Source: a virus (lineage: Duplodnaviria; Caudoviricetes). Taken from it: a DNA stretch of 27,954 bases. Position 1 is the stretch's first letter; each line of letters begins with the position of its first letter. The notes under the pieces were generated by a model that worked only from the letters and a program-made list of their open reading frames with translations, did not search any database and was not told the DNA's origin. Shown one piece after another: positions 24,451-27,954 of the stretch. The stretch covers positions 1-27,954 of IMG/VR virus record IMGVR_UViG_3300032024_000318; one strand, 5' to 3'. The position numbers and the translations under genes were made by a program.

Positions 24451-24632
24451 GAGACTGCCCAGGGCTGATCGAGGACGATAAGAGAGATAGCATCTTCAAA
24501 ATCGATGCGATGATCAGCCACATACTCCACATTCCCTTTCCTGAGGAATTGTCTGATGACCTTTGGGCAGAAAAATGGGCGCAAGTGAAATGGCTCGTCG
24601 ATAAAGGTATTGTATCACCAAAAGTTCAATAA
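24438..24632 (+). CDS. -1 frameshift extension of the chaperone (gpGT-type)
   Basis: Slippery A_AAA_AAG at 24438-24444; -1 frame open to 24632 (IPFPEELSDDLWAEKWAQVKWL). Confidence 0.8.
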   Translation, partial: KKVLGDCPGLIEDDKRDSIFKIDAMISHILHIPFPEELSDDLWAEKWAQVKWLVDKGIVSPKVQ

Positions 24633-24633
24633 A

Positions 24634-25278
24634 ATGTCAGCTAAAGCTTTCAAACACATATTTGACGATGTCACAGCTTTTCCTGGCAACCTGACAATCG
24701 ATTTAGCGACAAGGTATGCCGCAGCCTTTGGCTCGGCAGCAATTGGAAAAGCTATAAACAAATTGTTCATTGATAAACCTGAAAACAACGATTATAAGTT
24801 CCAATTCTACCCGGACATTGATTCGGACGTTGAGTATGTCGAATTTGATGCAGATGGAGAATTGCTAAAATTCTCTACTGTATTGTTAGGCGACCGCGGT
24901 GACGTCTTTGCGCCGCCTCTATTAATGACTTTTGCGCAGCAAAAATCACTCGTGGAAACGAACGTCAACGATGCTGACCCGGTAGTGATTGAAAGGTGGG
25001 GAACCGCCCCTTGGAATATTTCAATAGGCGGACTGCTTATTGACTTGACCAACCGTGTCTATCCATCTGAAGAGGTAAAGAGGTTGAACCAAGCTTGGCA
25101 ATTCAACGGTGTTGTAAAGGTCATCGGCCGGCAGTTTGAGGAAAAGGACATCGACAGTATTTACTTTAAATCCATCGAATTTAAGCCGCTTGAGGGTTTT
25201 AGCGATACCATTCAAATTTCTATTGAAGCTTCAAGTATCAAAGCTGTCAACTTCACACTGCTAAAACCAACCGAATGA
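24634..25278 (+). CDS. DUF6046-like tail/baseplate initiator protein
   Basis: KSLVETNV...VIERWG...ISIGG pattern; ATG at 24634. Confidence 0.65.
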   Translation: MSAKAFKHIFDDVTAFPGNLTIDLATRYAAAFGSAAIGKAINKLFIDKPENNDYKFQFYPDIDSDVEYVEFDADGELLKFSTVLLGDRGDVFAPPLLMTFAQQKSLVETNVNDADPVVIERWGTAPWNISIGGLLIDLTNRVYPSEEVKRLNQAWQFNGVVKVIGRQFEEKDIDSIYFKSIEFKPLEGFSDTIQISIEASSIKAVNFTLLKPTE

Positions 25279-26279
25279 ACCACCTCTTTCACAACATAAG
25301 CATTAGGGTAGTCATTGGCGATAAGCTGTGGTTTAATGTATGCAAGTCGATACGAATCGAAAGAAGCGTTCAAGTGCTTACGGATACGGCTAAAGTAGAA
25401 TTTCCTCGCGAGTTCAAAACAGCCATCGATGTGTTTGGACAAACCATCGACCTGTCCGGAAAGTCGATACTTAACTTCATCAAGCGTAACGACCCAATTG
25501 CTATTTTGTTTGGATACGACGGTGACCTTCAGATAGAATTCACAGGATATGTCACAAAGATAGGCGCATCGACACCTTTGCTCATCGAATGTGAAGATGA
25601 AATGTCCCGATTAAAGCGTTTACCGCGCGTGACCAAATCGGTAAAATCAGGGAAGCTCATTGACATCCTAAAGGTAATTTTACCTTCAAAATATACAGTA
25701 GAGTGTAACGAGGATTACTCGTTTGGAACATGGCTAATCGAGAACGCTACACCTTATGAAGTGTTGGAACAATTGAAAGAAAAGGTTGGAATTAGGGCAT
25801 ATTTCAAAAGCAAGTATCTTCTGAAGGTAGGCATGATGGTTGACTTTGAGCCGCAAGAAACACACTTCTATAACTTCTCTCAAAACGTTCGCCGTGATAC
25901 GGACTTGAAATTTGAAACAAAGGAAGACAAGGCACTTGAAGTGACAGCCAAATCTAAGCAAGCAAATGGGCATGAGATTACATACACAACCGGGGACAAA
26001 GGTGGAAACACCGTCAGCATAAAGTTGCCGCAGCTTAGCAAGGCAGAATTGAAAGTTTGGGCAGACCGGATACACAAATCACGTTCTTTTACAGGTTTTG
26101 AGGGCACACTAAACGGTTGGTGCTATCCACGGACAAATCCGGGCGATGCAGTACAAATTTTTAGGCCTTTCTATACGGACAGACATCAAGATGGAAAGTA
26201 TTTCATCGAAGCCGTCAATATAGACATATCAGAGTCAACGGGGATAAAGCGGTCAAATAAGTTAAGCTACAAGTTATGA
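25275..26279 (+). CDS. Baseplate hub (P2 gpD / Mu gp44-like)
   Basis: LTDTAKV, GYDG...EFTGYV, CEDEM, DGKYFIEAV. Confidence 0.8.
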   Translation: MNHLFHNISIRVVIGDKLWFNVCKSIRIERSVQVLTDTAKVEFPREFKTAIDVFGQTIDLSGKSILNFIKRNDPIAILFGYDGDLQIEFTGYVTKIGASTPLLIECEDEMSRLKRLPRVTKSVKSGKLIDILKVILPSKYTVECNEDYSFGTWLIENATPYEVLEQLKEKVGIRAYFKSKYLLKVGMMVDFEPQETHFYNFSQNVRRDTDLKFETKEDKALEVTAKSKQANGHEITYTTGDKGGNTVSIKLPQLSKAELKVWADRIHKSRSFTGFEGTLNGWCYPRTNPGDAVQIFRPFYTDRHQDGKYFIEAVNIDISESTGIKRSNKLSYKL

Positions 26280-26752
26280 TTGAAGAGATTTTCAAACAAG
26301 CGGTTTTAAGATCGAAAAAAACCGATGAGAAGTTTAGCCTAATTGTAGGAACGGTCATAGCAATTGACGGCGACACTTGCACAGTAGATGACTACGAGGG
26401 AGTAAGGCTCAATGCTATAATAGATGACTTGACGAGCCAAATGACGGTGTATCCGGTGGTTGGTTCTAAAGTTGTCATAGGTAGATTGGAAGGGGAAGAC
26501 GATGCATTTCTAATCAGGACATCAGAAATTGACCGAGTTATCGTAAAAATGGATGAACACTTATTTGAAATGAAAGCCGGGAAATTCACGATAAAATCAA
26601 GGGAAATCAATCTAAAAGCAATATTGAACGACACTTTAGAAAGGCTGCAATCCATGATCATAACCACGCCTTCCGGACCAGGTAAGTTGTCAGATCCGGA
26701 CAAGTTGTTTTTTAACCAAGTAAACGAAAAAGTAAATCAAATATTAAACTAA
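26276..26752 (+). CDS. Baseplate spike-like protein (gpV/gp45-like OB fold)
   Basis: GTVIAIDGDTCTV...YPVVGSKVVI; follows hub. Confidence 0.65.
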   Translation: MIEEIFKQAVLRSKKTDEKFSLIVGTVIAIDGDTCTVDDYEGVRLNAIIDDLTSQMTVYPVVGSKVVIGRLEGEDDAFLIRTSEIDRVIVKMDEHLFEMKAGKFTIKSREINLKAILNDTLERLQSMIITTPSGPGKLSDPDKLFFNQVNEKVNQILN

Positions 26753-26955
26753 TGGCACTAAATGATTTGTCGTTTATCGCAGAAGTAGAAGCGTTGCAAG
26801 ATGTCATGGTCAGCAAAACTGACTATGAAACAGCGAAGCATGAGTACGCACTGAAGCTACTGGCTGCTGTTAAAAACTATATGATGTCCGGGACAATTGA
26901 GATAACGGGCACCTCAAACCAGGGCGCATTCACAGGAACAGGCACAATAATATGA
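26752..26955 (+). CDS. Small baseplate-region hypothetical protein
   Basis: Coupled ORF ending GTGTII. Confidence 0.65.
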   Translation: MALNDLSFIAEVEALQDVMVSKTDYETAKHEYALKLLAAVKNYMMSGTIEITGTSNQGAFTGTGTII

Positions 26956-27233
26956 GACAGGACATTTTAATAGAAGACGGCGATTTGATGATGAACGGCG
27001 ACTTTGTGATCGGGCAGAGCGATCAACAGCACGTTGGCGACATATTTATAGCTCAACCCGGGGAATATAAGAAATGGCCCGTCATTGGCTTTGGCGCAGT
27101 GAATTACGTAAAGACAAGGAAGCGTATCGATGAGTTTAAACGAGATTTAAAACTTCAACTTCAATTTGACGGATACGCCAACCCTGAGATTGACACAACA
27201 GACGGAATTGAAAAAACTAAAATCAGTATATGA
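26952..27233 (+). CDS. gp25/Mu gp46-like baseplate wedge protein
   Basis: GDFVIGQSDQQH...PGEYKKWPVIGFG. Confidence 0.65.
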   Translation: MRQDILIEDGDLMMNGDFVIGQSDQQHVGDIFIAQPGEYKKWPVIGFGAVNYVKTRKRIDEFKRDLKLQLQFDGYANPEIDTTDGIEKTKISI

Positions 27234-27601
27234 ACGAAATTCTTATAGCTATTGTAGGTTTTATTACAACAGGTAGCGCAGCAATCTTTGGATGGATATT
27301 TGGGCGTAGAAAGACGACTGCTGAGGCAAAAGTAATTGAGGGTAAAGCAAAAACAATCGAGATAGACAACGACATTAAGTCATCAAATCACTACAAAGAA
27401 ATGTTGGACGACTTGAAGCCGCGTTACGAAAAGCAATTTCGTGATTTCGAGGCTGCCTGTTTGAGTAAAGAAAAATTGCTTCGTGAAGAAATCGTGATCT
27501 TGCGAGAGGAAAATCGAATTTTAAAAGCACAGGTATTGCAAAAAGACACCGAACTGAAGTTGAAAAACAAAAGGATACTCGAACTCGAATCAAAAAAATG
27601 A
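27230..27601 (+). CDS. N-terminal TM + coiled-coil protein (holin-like)
   Basis: Single TM followed by GRRK and heptad-rich C-terminus. Confidence 0.55.
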   Translation: MNEILIAIVGFITTGSAAIFGWIFGRRKTTAEAKVIEGKAKTIEIDNDIKSSNHYKEMLDDLKPRYEKQFRDFEAACLSKEKLLREEIVILREENRILKAQVLQKDTELKLKNKRILELESKK

Positions 27602-27891
27602 GCACACTCGCTTTAGAACGCCAAAGCTTATTAGACATTGCCATCAAGGAGACCGGCAGCATAACTTCAATCTTTGACTTCGCAATTATCAACGGTTTTG
27701 GCATTACAGACGATATTGTACCGGGATCGGCCATAGAAATACCGATAATAGATTATGGCTTTAAAGGGGTTGTTGATTATTATCGGCAAAACCGAATCAC
27801 CCCCGCCACCACCATCGATGAGGCAACGCTTCCGGCACGTGATAAAGGCATCGGCTTTTGGCAGATTGGGTTAACATTTAAAGTAAGCTAA
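27598..27891 (+). CDS. LysM/gpX-like tail protein
   Basis: QSLLDIAIKETGS...FAIING. Confidence 0.7.
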   Translation: MSTLALERQSLLDIAIKETGSITSIFDFAIINGFGITDDIVPGSAIEIPIIDYGFKGVVDYYRQNRITPATTIDEATLPARDKGIGFWQIGLTFKVS

Positions 27892-27894
27892 GAC

Positions 27895-27954
27895 ATGGAG
27901 CGCACAATAGAACAAATAGAAGCAGAGATCTTCGCCGCCAAAGCCGCAGAACCG
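27895..27954 (+). CDS. Partial gene, probably baseplate J-like (truncated by window)
   Basis: MERTIEQIEAEIFAAKAAEP, open to the window end; position after LysM gene. Confidence 0.5.
   Translation, partial: MERTIEQIEAEIFAAKAAEP

Larger units (their letters stand above)
1..27954. mobile_element. Mu-like transposable (pro)phage, left part; extends beyond the right edge
   Basis: Repressor/ner/DDE transposase/MuB ATPase at left followed by terminase, Mu-type portal, MuF, gp36, gpG, capsid, sheath, tube and baseplate genes; window starts with TG. Confidence 0.95.

Noticed and set aside
1-27954. CRISPR array, reverse transcriptase/DGR, tyrosine integrase, endolysin, invertase
   Set aside because: No repeat-spacer array or diagnostic motifs seen; lysis and tail-fibre genes may lie beyond the right edge

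Overview
The window is the left ~28 kb of a Mu-like (transposable) contractile-tailed phage/prophage, probably infecting a Bacteroidota host (TTG/TTTG-N19-TAnnTTTG promoters, A-rich translation starts without Shine-Dalgarno). It begins with TG, possibly the phage left end. Gene order: CI-like repressor divergent from a Ner/Cro-like gene; MuA-like DDE transposase; MuB-like ATPase; early accessory genes (DUF3164/Gam-like, a RecA/KaiC-like ATPase broken by one in-frame TAA, GemA-like, C5-methyltransferase-like); a leftward late operon (terminase small and large, gp36, portal-MuF-nuclease fusion, tape measure, gpG, gp37-like); a rightward late operon (ClpP-like protease/scaffold, capsid, sheath, tube, G/GT chaperone, baseplate genes) running off the end. 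Main non-obvious signals: (1) a promoter-equipped, structured ~110-nt RNA convergent on the 3' end of the portal-MuF-PBECR-like nuclease gene, where an immunity gene would be expected; (2) an A10 run exactly at the portal/MuF junction; (3) two covarying mini-tRNA (acceptor + T-arm) elements in the early operon; (4) attC-like cassette architecture around the methyltransferase; (5) readable operators and promoters at both the lysis/lysogeny and late switches. All protein calls come from motif and synteny recognition, not from database searches.
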